Assembly (NCBI GenBank): GCA_902537725.1
Contig: CACBCD010000002.1
Coordinates: forward strand, 67,920 to 131,919
Direction: 5' to 3'
DNA length: 64,000 bases
From: an uncultured PS1 clade bacterium
GTDB taxonomy: Bacteria; Pseudomonadota; Alphaproteobacteria; MED-G09
The position numbers and the translations under genes are program-made. Positions 36,784 to 46,367 of the stretch are shown piece after piece. The notes under the pieces are model-generated. The model ran no database searches. It was not told the DNA's origin and worked only from the letters and a program-made list of their open reading frames with translations. Positions within the stretch are counted from its first letter, which is position 1. Each line of letters begins with the position of its first letter.

Positions 36784-37677
36784 TTGATTTTTTCATCAAA
36801 AACAAGAGGTCTAATTCTTTTATTAATAGCATCTATAGTGTGGGGCTCTACTTTTGTTCCTCAAAAAATTGCTATGCAAGACTGGTCAGCACTACAATTT
36901 ACTTCCTTTAGATTTTTAATTGGAGGAATAATCCTATTTTCTTTTATCAAATTCTCACCAAAGAACATTAAATCTAATTTAGAATTTTTAATTATTTCTT
37001 TGATAAGTGGTTTGGTTCTTGCACTTGCGGCTTTAACTCAACAAATTGGTATTGTAACAACAACAGCTACTAATGCAGGTTTTTATACTAGTTTATATGT
37101 TCTAATTGTTCCTTTTATAGGAGTTTTTATTTCTAAATCTCTTCATTGGTCAATTTGGCCAAGTATCATTGTGTGTTTTACGGGTTCAGTTCTTTTGAGT
37201 TCATCGGGTGATAGTATAAGTCTGTCTAATATAAGTAATGGTGATTTATGGGTAATTTTTAGTGCTATTTTTTGGGCAATTCATCTACATATAGTATCAT
37301 TTGCAGTATTAAAACTGCCAATTTTCAAATTTTCTATAATTCAGTTTATTATCTGTGGATTCTTACTATTTATTTATGGAAGTATTTTTGACAGTCAAAA
37401 TTTTTTAGATTTTACGAATGTTTCAAGTTCAGGAATTTTTTACCTTTTTTATTGCTCTCTTGGCTCAGTATGTATTGGCTTTACTCTACAGATGTTCGGT
37501 CAGAGACTGGTGGAGCCAACTCCTGCTGCTTTAATAATGAGTACTGAAGCAATTTTTGCTGCAATTTTCGCTTGGATAATATTATCGGAGGTCTTAAATT
37601 TTAATGGGTTAGTTGGTGCTAGCCTTATATTTCTGGGTGTAATTTTTGTTCAATTAGCTCCAAAAGTTAAAATATAG
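36784..37677 (+). CDS. EamA/DMT-superfamily transporter
   Basis: Ten predicted TM segments in two EamA repeats (WGSTFVPQK..). Confidence 0.75.
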   Translation: MIFSSKTRGLILLLIASIVWGSTFVPQKIAMQDWSALQFTSFRFLIGGIILFSFIKFSPKNIKSNLEFLIISLISGLVLALAALTQQIGIVTTTATNAGFYTSLYVLIVPFIGVFISKSLHWSIWPSIIVCFTGSVLLSSSGDSISLSNISNGDLWVIFSAIFWAIHLHIVSFAVLKLPIFKFSIIQFIICGFLLFIYGSIFDSQNFLDFTNVSSSGIFYLFYCSLGSVCIGFTLQMFGQRLVEPTPAALIMSTEAIFAAIFAWIILSEVLNFNGLVGASLIFLGVIFVQLAPKVKI

Positions 37678-37686
37678 TGAAACTTT

Positions 37687-38478
37687 CTACCATTCATTTC
37701 TAAGCTCTCTTAACTTTAAAAAAACATCTTTTGTACTTGGATTTTTTGGTAAATCTGGAAAATCATCTCTTAACTTACTGATGATTTCTTTATTTTTTAA
37801 TCTAAAAAAAGAATTTATTTCTTTTTCAATTTCGATAGTTGAAATTAATGCTTTTTCAGGATTTTTAATTAGTTTTCCTTCAATCATTTCTCTAGCTTTA
37901 TAATTTTCAGGTTCTCGATCTAAAGTAAATTTTAAATTATTCTCCCAATAATCGTGACCCGGATAGATTCTCGTATTATTTGGTAATTTAAATAGTTGAT
38001 TTATAAAAGTATCATACAACTCCTCAGGATTTCCTCCACCTTTACAATGTCCTACACCAGCATTAAATAATGTGTCTCCGCAAAATAACGAGGGGTTATC
38101 GTTATTTGCAAATAAACATACATGGCTCATTGTATGCCCAGGTGTATCTAAAACATCTAAAATAATTGATGAACCTACTCTAACACTGTCGCCAGCTGAT
38201 AAGCCTATATTAATTCCATCAATTGAATCCTTTGCATTCTTGTGAGCCAAAAGCTTAGCATTGGTAGATTCTATTATACTTTGATTGCCCCCAATATGGT
38301 CCCAGTGCTCATGAGTATTCAATACTTGTGTTATTTCCCATCCATTTTTTTTGCAAATCGCTAGGCATTTTTCATGGTCTAAGGGATCAATTGCCATAGC
38401 CTCGCCTGTTTTGGGACAAACAATTAAATAATTAAAATTACGAAATTGATTACCAGTCCATATTTGTTCTACAATCAA
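37687..38478 (-). CDS. gloB: Hydroxyacylglutathione hydrolase (glyoxalase II, MBL fold)
   Basis: THEHWDHIGGN metal motif, DTPGHT, GDTLF, and a C-terminal HAGH_C-like helix region. TTG start, 6 nt after AGGAGA. Confidence 0.8.
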   Translation of the reverse strand: MIVEQIWTGNQFRNFNYLIVCPKTGEAMAIDPLDHEKCLAICKKNGWEITQVLNTHEHWDHIGGNQSIIESTNAKLLAHKNAKDSIDGINIGLSAGDSVRVGSSIILDVLDTPGHTMSHVCLFANNDNPSLFCGDTLFNAGVGHCKGGGNPEELYDTFINQLFKLPNNTRIYPGHDYWENNLKFTLDREPENYKAREMIEGKLIKNPEKALISTIEIEKEINSFFRLKNKEIISKLRDDFPDLPKNPSTKDVFLKLRELRNEW

Positions 38479-38522
38479 TAATGTCTCCTGCGGAATTTTG
38501 AAATTAAATTAGAGTATATAAT

Positions 38523-39236
38523 ATGAAAATAAATATTGAAAATTTTAAAATATTTTATTCTAGTTTTTTAGGTAAATCTATTACTCAAATAATTTTAAAA
38601 AAAATTCATACTTTATGGCCAAACTTCAATAATTCAAGAAATGCTGCAATAGGCTTCGGTTTCCCTTTTTTAAGTGCCTTTAAATCTAATATTCAAAGAT
38701 TATTTTTTCTTGTTCCCAATAAATTTGGATTATTTAACTTTTTTATAAATGGGAAAAATCTAACGGCTTCAGTCCAGGAAGATATCCTTCCTTTAGAAGA
38801 TCTTTCAATTGATAGATTACTTGTTGTTAATTGTTTTGAATATTTGTCTGATCATAAGAAATTTTTAAGGGAAGCTTGGCGAATTTTAGACAAAGATGGA
38901 GAAATTATAATTATAACTCCAAATACTTATGGTTTATGGCGTTTTTTTTATAAAAAAAAATTGAATTCACCAACAACTTTTAGTTCTTATGAATTGGACT
39001 TATTATTATCAAATAATTTTTTTACACCTATAAAGACAGAATATTGTTTATTCCTACCACCTTTAGAAAACAAATTTTTGACTAATAAAATAAGATCATT
39101 TGAGGTTCTAAACAATAGATTAACTAAATACTTCGCTGGTTTAATAATTACAAAGGGAAAGAAAAATTATTTATCTCCAGTTTCAAGCAACAATAAAATA
39201 GTTAAACAGAAAATTAGAGGTGATATTAGAGCTTAA
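38523..39236 (+). CDS. Class I SAM-dependent methyltransferase-like protein
   Basis: It is divergent from gloB. A Methyltransf_11-like segment is present (IDRLLVVNCFEYLSDHKKFLREAWRILDKDGEIIIITPN). The glycine-rich SAM motif is poorly conserved. Confidence 0.5.
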   Translation: MKINIENFKIFYSSFLGKSITQIILKKIHTLWPNFNNSRNAAIGFGFPFLSAFKSNIQRLFFLVPNKFGLFNFFINGKNLTASVQEDILPLEDLSIDRLLVVNCFEYLSDHKKFLREAWRILDKDGEIIIITPNTYGLWRFFYKKKLNSPTTFSSYELDLLLSNNFFTPIKTEYCLFLPPLENKFLTNKIRSFEVLNNRLTKYFAGLIITKGKKNYLSPVSSNNKIVKQKIRGDIRA

Positions 39237-39838
39237 TTTTTTATTAAAAAAATTGCCTCTTCTCCAAAAAAATTTGACCAGCTATTTGGAGCACCGTTAA
39301 AGGATTTGATGTTATTTGAATTAAGAACAATTGTTTTCTCAATTTTAATATTTAATTCACGACATAAATCAACAAAATCCAGTATACTACATAAGTGAAT
39401 ATTTGGTGTATCATACCAATTATTTGATAGTTTTTCCGTAATTGGCATTTTGCCATAAGTAGCAAAACCTAGCCTTACTTTCCAATATCCAAAATTAGGA
39501 ATTGAGATTATTGCTTTTCTGCCGATTCTAATTAATTCAATTAAAATATTTTTTGGATTATTTGTTGCTTGAATAGTTTGGCTTAAAATAACACAGTCAA
39601 ATGACTGATCAGGATATAAACTTAAATCGCTGTCAGCATTTCCTTGTATTGCAGATAGTCCTTTTGCAACGCATTTATTCACTCTTTCTTGTTTAAGCTC
39701 AAGTCCTTGACCTTTAACATTTTTTTTATTTTTTAAAGATTTAAGTAATTCTCCATTACCACAACCGACATCAAGTATTCTTGCCTCTTTATCAACAAGT
39801 GAAGTAATTAATTCTAAATCAGTACGATTGTTAACCAT
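39233..39838 (-). CDS. metW: Methionine biosynthesis protein MetW
   Basis: ILDVGCGNGELL, plus coupling to metX (a 1-nt ATG/stop overlap). Confidence 0.85.
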   Translation of the reverse strand: MVNNRTDLELITSLVDKEARILDVGCGNGELLKSLKNKKNVKGQGLELKQERVNKCVAKGLSAIQGNADSDLSLYPDQSFDCVILSQTIQATNNPKNILIELIRIGRKAIISIPNFGYWKVRLGFATYGKMPITEKLSNNWYDTPNIHLCSILDFVDLCRELNIKIEKTIVLNSNNIKSFNGAPNSWSNFFGEEAIFLIKN

Positions 39839-40971
39839 TATATATTTGCCTCCAAAGAGACTGAATTAATAAATCCTCTCATTGCATCATCAAACTCTGG
39901 CTCTTCTAAAAGAAATGCATCATGACCCTTGTCAGAATTAATATTAACAAAACTAACATCAGCACCTCCTGCGCTTAAAGCTCTAACGATCATTAAATTT
40001 TCCGATGGAGGATAAAGCCAATCCCCAGTAAATGATGTAATTAAAAATTTAATATTAGTTTTACTGTAAATTTCTGTAAGACTCTTTTTGTGTGTTTTTT
40101 CTAGGTCAAAATAATCCATTGCCCTAGTAATATACAGGTAAGAATTTGCATCAAATCTATCTACAAAGGTCTGACCTTGATGTCTTAAGTAACTCTCAAT
40201 TTGAAAATCAGCATCAAATCCAAAACTTATCTCTTCTTTATCTTGAAGTCTCCTGCCAAATTTCTTTGTAAGAGAGGCCTCTGATAGATAAGTAACATGG
40301 GCTGTCATTCTTGCAATCGATAGTCCTTTTATCGGGTTAGAACCGGCTTTTATATAATTACCTCCATGCCAATCTGGATCAGCCATTATTGCTTGTCTAC
40401 CAAGCTCATGGAAAGCAATATTTTGTGCTGTATGTCTTGAGGATGTTGCAATTGGTATTGCAGAGTGTATTTTATCTGGATAAGAGGCTGCCCATTCAAG
40501 AACTTGCATCCCCCCCATCGATCCCCCAATAACAGACAAAAGTTTTTCTATTTCAAGGTATTGAACTAACCTCAGTTGTGCATTAACCATATCAGAAATA
40601 GTTATAACAGGAAAATTAAGTCCGTATTCTTCACCAGTTTTTGGATTTATAGAAGTTGGACCAGTAGACCCAAGACAACCTCCAAGAACATTTGCACAAA
40701 TTACAAAATATTTATCGGTATCAATCGGTTTTCCGCTACCAACCATCCTAGCCCACCAGCCATCCTTATCTGTAAGTGGATTTTTACTCGCCACAAACTG
40801 ATCTCCAGAGAGGGCATGGCAGATTATTATTGCATTTGATTTATCTTTATTGAGCTTACCGTAGCTTTCATAAGCCACGGTCAGCTCGTCTATACTTGTT
40901 CCACTCTCGAGTAGAAGAGGCTTATTATCTGTAAAGTATGAACATGGTAGTTTGTTTTGATCATTATTCAT
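39838..40971 (-). CDS. metX: Homoserine O-acetyltransferase MetX
   Basis: CHALSGDQ, the nucleophile elbow GGSMGGMQ, and a C-terminal GHDAFL. Confidence 0.9.
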   Translation of the reverse strand: MNNDQNKLPCSYFTDNKPLLLESGTSIDELTVAYESYGKLNKDKSNAIIICHALSGDQFVASKNPLTDKDGWWARMVGSGKPIDTDKYFVICANVLGGCLGSTGPTSINPKTGEEYGLNFPVITISDMVNAQLRLVQYLEIEKLLSVIGGSMGGMQVLEWAASYPDKIHSAIPIATSSRHTAQNIAFHELGRQAIMADPDWHGGNYIKAGSNPIKGLSIARMTAHVTYLSEASLTKKFGRRLQDKEEISFGFDADFQIESYLRHQGQTFVDRFDANSYLYITRAMDYFDLEKTHKKSLTEIYSKTNIKFLITSFTGDWLYPPSENLMIVRALSAGGADVSFVNINSDKGHDAFLLEEPEFDDAMRGFINSVSLEANI

Positions 40972-41025
40972 AACAATAAGATAACCTCTTATCGGAAATA
41001 TTAGAATTAATATTTAATTAATTCT

Positions 41026-41697
41026 TTAAAATCTCCAACCATAACCAATACTTACAGCAAGTGGATCAAGATCTACTGATGCAGTTGCAACTCCAGCAGG
41101 GCCAGCATCAATTACTGTATCGGTAGAAAGTTTATATTTCTTAATATCAATATTAAAAAAATTATTTTCATTAATAACATAATCAAAACCAATATTTAGA
41201 GCAAAACCAAAGTCATCTTTATAACTTATACCTACAGCATCGCCAGGATTATCATCATAGAAAAAAGTATAATTTAATCCAGCGCCTATATAAGGTAAAA
41301 ATCTACTTTCACTGTTAAAGTGATATTGCAAAGTAAATGTAGGTGGAAGAACATTTACTGTACCTAAATTAACATCACCAAGGGCTGTTCCAATTGCTTT
41401 TACACTGTGTTCAGTGGTTCCAAGAATTGCTTCAATAGCTATGTTATCAGTTAAGAAATATCTAATATCCAATTCTGGCACTGTATCATCATCAACTTTT
41501 GCTTCACCACCAATAGAAGTAACTGATTTTTCATCAGGGTCTAGATTTAAAACCTTGAGACCAATTAACCATTTTCCAGCACTTTTGAATGCTGTAGTTT
41601 CTTGAGAATTTACTTCAAGTGGACTAATGGATATAAATAAAACTAACATCATAGATGATACCAGCGATAGAGTTTTTTTAAATAATTGTGTTTTCAT
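41026..41697 (-). CDS. ompW: OmpW-family outer-membrane beta-barrel protein
   Basis: Signal peptide. IAIEAILGTTEHSV .. LPPTFTLQYHF .. PYIGAGLNYTFF .. C-terminal SIGYGWRF. Confidence 0.75.
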   Translation of the reverse strand: MKTQLFKKTLSLVSSMMLVLFISISPLEVNSQETTAFKSAGKWLIGLKVLNLDPDEKSVTSIGGEAKVDDDTVPELDIRYFLTDNIAIEAILGTTEHSVKAIGTALGDVNLGTVNVLPPTFTLQYHFNSESRFLPYIGAGLNYTFFYDDNPGDAVGISYKDDFGFALNIGFDYVINENNFFNIDIKKYKLSTDTVIDAGPAGVATASVDLDPLAVSIGYGWRF

Positions 41698-41790
41698 TTT
41701 TTCCTCTCTTTAGTGCTTTTAGGAAATCTAGGGTGCACAATCTGAAAATCAAATACCCAGCTTTTTTAGAAAGCTAAACTTCACTATAAT

Positions 41791-41894
41791 AACAAACGAG
41801 AGGAGAAACCTTTTTTTGCTTAATAAGCCACATTAAAGTTACCACCTTCGCAGGTCAATGCAGGTTGGCAGGGATTGCTCCCTCTCGAAATGTT
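41791..41894 (-). ncRNA. Candidate structured RNA of unassigned class (leader/riboswitch-like element or sRNA)
   Basis: A GC-rich island of about 104 nt inside a 346-nt non-coding gap. A long-range helix (AACA..CGAGAGG / CCUCUCG..UGUU) encloses the hairpins GGGA[GCAA]UCCC, ACCU[GCGA]AGGU and GCUU[AUU]AAGC. GNRA loops appear only in the minus-strand reading. There is no ORF longer than 20 codons. Confidence 0.35.
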
Positions 41895-41963
41895 ATTTTT
41901 TAAATAAAGCTAATTTTTAATAATTGCAAATAAAATATGCTTAGTATTGAATTTTAAATTTAT

Positions 41964-42024
41964 GTTATAAGATCTTAATAAGTTATATAAAAAACTAAGA
42001 TTTCTGTTTATAAGATTTTAATAA
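41964..42024. repeat. Two direct copies of TTATAAGAT(C/T)TTAATAA, about 43 bp apart, upstream of hisC
   Basis: Copies at 41965-41981 and 42008-42024 match at 16 of 17 positions. The first copy contains the perfect 10-bp palindrome TAAGATCTTA. Confidence 0.4.
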
Positions 42025-42043
42025 TATAAATATTAATAGAATA

Positions 42044-43144
42044 ATGTTGGAAATTATGGATAAACCAATACCAAATAATTTTTTAAATGATCTAGAGCCC
42101 TACAAAGGAGGCGCAAGAAGCGTTAATGGTATTGAGAAAATATTTAAACTTTCCTCTAATGAAAATCCATTTGGTCCAAGTGATAGTGTTGTTAATGCTT
42201 ATAATGATGCTATAAGTGATATAACTATATATCCTGATCCATCAAATAAATTATTAGTCTCAAAATTATCTGAATTTTACTCAATTAACCCAAATAATAT
42301 TATTTGTGGTTGCGGTTCAGATGAAATACTTCACTTACTTGCTAGAGCCTATTTATCTGGAAACGATGAAGCAATAGTTTCTGAGAACTCTTTTGCTGTT
42401 TACCCTTTGGCTATCAAGGCATCTGGTGCAAGAATTGTAAGAGCTAAAGAGTTAAATTTTCAAGCACAAACAGAGGCAATTTTAGGCTTAATAAATAATT
42501 CTACAAAGATGATTTTTATAGCTAATCCAAATAATCCTACAGGAACAATGATTTCATATGAGAATTTAAAAAATCTTCATAAAAAACTTCCACCCAATAT
42601 ATTATTAGTCATTGATGAAGCATATATTGAATATGTAAATGACAATAATTATTCTTCATTTATTTCTCTTGTTGAGAATAATAATAATATAGTGGTAACC
42701 AGAACCTTCTCGAAAGCCTATGGACTTGCGGGGTTAAGGGTGGGCTGGGCTTATTGCCCTAGTGAAGTAATTAATGTTTTAGGTCGTTTAAGAATACCCT
42801 TCTCAGTAAATTCAACAGCCCAAAAAGTAGCAGTTGCTGCTATTGATGATCAAAAACATATTTTAAAATCAATTGATCATAATAATTTATGGTTACCAAA
42901 AATTACTGAGGAATTAGAAAATATTGGATTTCAAACAATTCCAAGTAGTTGTAATTTTGTTTTATTCGAGGTTTCAGAAAAATTAAGTTTTGATGCAAAT
43001 TATGTCTTTGATTTTTTGTGTTCCAGGGGTCTAATACTAAGACAAATGCATGAATATAATTTACCAAATTTTTTAAGACTTACTATTGGAAATGATGAAG
43101 CAAACAATCTACTAATTGAATCCTTGAGGGAGCTTCCAAAATAA
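42044..43144 (+). CDS. hisC: Histidinol-phosphate aminotransferase
   Basis: KLSSNENPFGPS, IDEAYIEY, and the PLP-lysine region TRTFSKAYGLAGLRVGW. Confidence 0.85.
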   Translation: MLEIMDKPIPNNFLNDLEPYKGGARSVNGIEKIFKLSSNENPFGPSDSVVNAYNDAISDITIYPDPSNKLLVSKLSEFYSINPNNIICGCGSDEILHLLARAYLSGNDEAIVSENSFAVYPLAIKASGARIVRAKELNFQAQTEAILGLINNSTKMIFIANPNNPTGTMISYENLKNLHKKLPPNILLVIDEAYIEYVNDNNYSSFISLVENNNNIVVTRTFSKAYGLAGLRVGWAYCPSEVINVLGRLRIPFSVNSTAQKVAVAAIDDQKHILKSIDHNNLWLPKITEELENIGFQTIPSSCNFVLFEVSEKLSFDANYVFDFLCSRGLILRQMHEYNLPNFLRLTIGNDEANNLLIESLRELPK

Positions 43145-43145
43145 T

Positions 43146-44027
43146 ATGAAAAATAATTTTGATAATATCTGCATTATTGGACTTGGACTGATAGGCGGCT
43201 CGATTGGTCTTGGATTGAAAAAGAAAAAAACTAAATCTAGAATTGTGGGATATGCTAAAACACAAAAAACACTTACTAGGGCAATCGAAAGAGATCTTGT
43301 TGACAGCGTAGAAGAAAATTTAAACAAAGCAGTTAAGGACGCAGATCTAATAATTTTAGCAACACCTCTCTCTACATTTAAACCAATTATTAAAGAAATT
43401 AGACCGTTTTTGAAAAAAGGAAGTATTGTTACTGATACTGGGTCAGCTAAGCATGCTGTTATTGAAGAGTTAAAAGATTTAATCCCTAAAGATATTGAGT
43501 TTATTCCAGGTCACCCTATAGCAGGTACTGAAGAATCAGGACCAGACTCTGGTTTTGCTGAATTGTTTGAAAACAGATGGTGTATTTTAACTCCAACAAA
43601 GGATAATTCAAAAAAAAGTATTAATAGTATTAAATCTTTTTGGGAGTTACTTGGTTCTAAAGTCGAAATTATGGATGCCTTACACCATGACAAAGTATTG
43701 GCAATAACAAGTCATATACCTCATCTTATTGCTTTTAATATTGTTGGAACAGCAAATGATCTAGCTAATGTAACGGATACCGAGGTTGTAAAATATTCAG
43801 CCGGTGGATTTAGAGATTTTACAAGAATTGCGGCGTCTGATCCAAAAATGTGGAGTGATATTTTTAAATATAATAGTGAGGCTGTTTTAGAAATGCTAGA
43901 TTTATTTTCAAACGATTTAAGTAAATTAAAAGACTCAATTTTGAACAAAGATACAAAAATGCTTTTCTCTAGCTTTGAAAAAACTCGAAATGTTAGAAAG
44001 AAAATTATTGATGCAGGGCAAGATTAG
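43146..44027 (+). CDS. tyrC: Prephenate/arogenate dehydrogenase (TyrA/TyrC family)
   Basis: Rossmann motif ICIIGLGLIGGSIG, catalytic region FIPGHPIAGTE, and the hisC-tyrC linkage typical of alphaproteobacteria. Confidence 0.8.
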   Translation: MKNNFDNICIIGLGLIGGSIGLGLKKKKTKSRIVGYAKTQKTLTRAIERDLVDSVEENLNKAVKDADLIILATPLSTFKPIIKEIRPFLKKGSIVTDTGSAKHAVIEELKDLIPKDIEFIPGHPIAGTEESGPDSGFAELFENRWCILTPTKDNSKKSINSIKSFWELLGSKVEIMDALHHDKVLAITSHIPHLIAFNIVGTANDLANVTDTEVVKYSAGGFRDFTRIAASDPKMWSDIFKYNSEAVLEMLDLFSNDLSKLKDSILNKDTKMLFSSFEKTRNVRKKIIDAGQD

Positions 44028-44044
44028 ATAAATAAATAACTAAA

Positions 44045-44770
44045 TCACCAGTTACTTCTGTCTATTAGAGTTTTTGTTTCACTCTCAATCGCAATTTCTA
44101 ATTTTTCTTCAAATTTTTCTCTATCTAAACCTGGCTTAATAGGTTCAATAAATTTTACAATGATTTTCCCTTTATTTCTTTTAAGACCTTTTGTCTCCCA
44201 ATATACACCAGAATTTAAGGCAACAGGAACACATGGAATATTTAGAAACTTATATAAAGCAGTGACCCCTGGCTTATATTCATTTTTTTGCCCAACTTTA
44301 CTTCTTGTCCCTTCAGGGAATATTACTATTGGCCTATTTGCTTTTTTACAGTCTTTACCTTGCTTTATTAATTTTTTTAATGCTTTGCTATGGCCTTTTC
44401 TGTCGAGCCATATCATTTTGGCTTTAATTGCGTGAAGCCCATAAAAAGGGATCATTATTATTATTCTTTTTAAAACCATAGCTGCATCTGAAAAAAATGC
44501 AGTAAAAAAAATTGTATCCCATACCGATTGATGTTTCGACGCTACCACAAATGGACCGTTAGGAATATTGTCAGTGCCTTCAACAACCCAGTCAAGGCCA
44601 TCAAAGTTTTTAAAAAATGACAACATTATTTTAGACCAAAAATTTATAAGTCTTGCTGTATATTTTCTAGGTAAAACTAGAAATGGGAGACCTAAAACAG
44701 CAATAATTGCTGTAATTAAAATAAGCAATATTACAGATAGTAATGAGATAATTTTATTTCTAATTTTCAT
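44045..44770 (-). CDS. plsC: 1-acyl-sn-glycerol-3-phosphate acyltransferase
   Basis: HX4D motif (SKHQSVWDT) and FPEGTRS. Confidence 0.8.
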   Translation of the reverse strand: MKIRNKIISLLSVILLILITAIIAVLGLPFLVLPRKYTARLINFWSKIMLSFFKNFDGLDWVVEGTDNIPNGPFVVASKHQSVWDTIFFTAFFSDAAMVLKRIIIMIPFYGLHAIKAKMIWLDRKGHSKALKKLIKQGKDCKKANRPIVIFPEGTRSKVGQKNEYKPGVTALYKFLNIPCVPVALNSGVYWETKGLKRNKGKIIVKFIEPIKPGLDREKFEEKLEIAIESETKTLIDRSNW

Positions 44771-45416
44771 AACTATAATTTTTTTTAAATAAATATTGTA
44801 GTCTTATTAAATTGTATTTCAAATATTCCAGGGTTAATTTTTCTATATTATCAAGAATTGTCTTTTCTTTATGAAATATATTCCAAGGATAAATCATAAT
44901 ATCTGGCGCATTTTTCTTGAATTCATAAACACTTCTTGGCATGTGATACGATGATGTAACTAAAATGATTTCATTATATTTATTTTTAATTAACCATTTA
45001 TTTGCTTCAATAGAATTTGTTTGGGTATTTCTTGATTTTTTTTCATAATAAACACAACAATTAAATAAAATATTCTTATCTTCAGAATTATTATTATTTA
45101 GAATTATTCTTAAGTCTTTTCTTGTGACTATTGGATTCACTCCTGAAATAAAAAGGGCATTTCCGATTTTTTTTTGTAATAATTGAAAACCTTCTTCTAA
45201 TCTTTTTGACCCTCCAGTTAAAACTACAATGGCCTTTTTATTTTCACTCATTATTTTATTTTGATGGCCAAGATTTAGAAAATTTAAAACATCAATGCTT
45301 GTTAAAGTGATAAAAATAAATAAGGAAATAATTTTGACTTTATTCGAATTTAAAATTTTTTTACCCACGCTATTAATGTCTAATAAATATATTTTATTTT
45401 CTATCTTAATAATCAT
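44760..45416 (-). CDS. DUF218 (YdcF/ElyC-like) domain protein
   Basis: N-terminal TM segment, then IVVLTGGSKRLEEG .. ILVTSSYHMPRS. Confidence 0.6.
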   Translation of the reverse strand: MIIKIENKIYLLDINSVGKKILNSNKVKIISLFIFITLTSIDVLNFLNLGHQNKIMSENKKAIVVLTGGSKRLEEGFQLLQKKIGNALFISGVNPIVTRKDLRIILNNNNSEDKNILFNCCVYYEKKSRNTQTNSIEANKWLIKNKYNEIILVTSSYHMPRSVYEFKKNAPDIMIYPWNIFHKEKTILDNIEKLTLEYLKYNLIRLQYLFKKNYSYEN

Positions 45417-45466
45417 TCTTAGTCTATTTAAAGAATATTAATTGAAAAAAAATCTGAGAAAATCCT

Positions 45467-46360
45467 ATGAATAAAACTCTTTCTAATTTTTTTCCTTATG
45501 CAATGCTTTTTTGTCTAGTTGTTATGTGGGGATCAGCTTTTGCTGCTTTGAAAATTTCTTTAGAAACAATAAGTCCACTTAATGTAATGTCCTTAAGACT
45601 TATAATTGGAAGTATTACGATCTTATTATTTTTCTTAATTTTGAATAAAAAATTACCAATCTCTCTAAATTTTTGGTTATGGAGTTTTCTAATTGGTTTT
45701 TTAGGTCTTTCATTACCATTTTCAATTATTGCATGGGGAGCTCAATTTATATCATCCTCTTTGGTTGCAATTTTAATGGGAATAAATCCAATTATAACTT
45801 TAATATTATCCTATATTTTACTCAAAGATCGATCATTTAATTTAAGGATTATTTTTGGTATTTTTTCAGGATTGTTTGGTATTATTTTATTAGTAGGTCT
45901 CAATAGTATATACAATTTAACAATTAATGATAATTTTTTCATAGGCCAGATTGCGGTCTTAGGTGGCACATTTTCGTTTGCTTTGGCTAGTGTAATTATA
46001 AAAAATGCACCTATAGAAAATTCTTTTGAGAGATCACTCAGCTCTTTAATATGCGGAAGTATTATTGGTCTGTTAATTTTATATTTCTCTGGGGATAGAT
46101 CATTATATTATACGCAAATTTCTATTAAAAGTATCACATCCCTTACTCTTTTGGGTGTATTCCCAACAGGCATAGCAACATTATTATGGTTTAAAATAAT
46201 TTCCTTGAAAGGACCACTTTTTTTATCGCTTGTGAATTATTTAATACCAGTATGGGCTCTGTTTATTGGTATATTTTTTCTAGATGAGAAAATTAATTTT
46301 GTAATTGGCTTTGGTTTAATTTTTATTACAATGGGAATATGGCTAATAGAGAAGAGGTAA
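45467..46360 (+). CDS. EamA/DMT-superfamily transporter
   Basis: Ten predicted TM segments and two EamA repeats (WGSAFAALK..). Confidence 0.75.
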   Translation: MNKTLSNFFPYAMLFCLVVMWGSAFAALKISLETISPLNVMSLRLIIGSITILLFFLILNKKLPISLNFWLWSFLIGFLGLSLPFSIIAWGAQFISSSLVAILMGINPIITLILSYILLKDRSFNLRIIFGIFSGLFGIILLVGLNSIYNLTINDNFFIGQIAVLGGTFSFALASVIIKNAPIENSFERSLSSLICGSIIGLLILYFSGDRSLYYTQISIKSITSLTLLGVFPTGIATLLWFKIISLKGPLFLSLVNYLIPVWALFIGIFFLDEKINFVIGFGLIFITMGIWLIEKR

Positions 46361-46367
46361 TTAAAAA

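Noticed and set aside
41791-41894. Assigning the GC-rich element to SRP (4.5S) RNA, a glycine riboswitch or SAM-II/SAM-V
   Set aside because: - SRP RNA: the conserved helix-8 motif (GGAA tetraloop followed by GGAAGCAGC) is absent.
- Glycine riboswitch: the glycine-like words (GAGAG, GGAGCAA, GCGAAGG) occur in the wrong order.
- SAM-II/SAM-V: the nearby AGCUUU/AAAGCU pair (about 41737-41753) is a simple hairpin, not a SAM-II-type pseudoknot.
The class is left unassigned.
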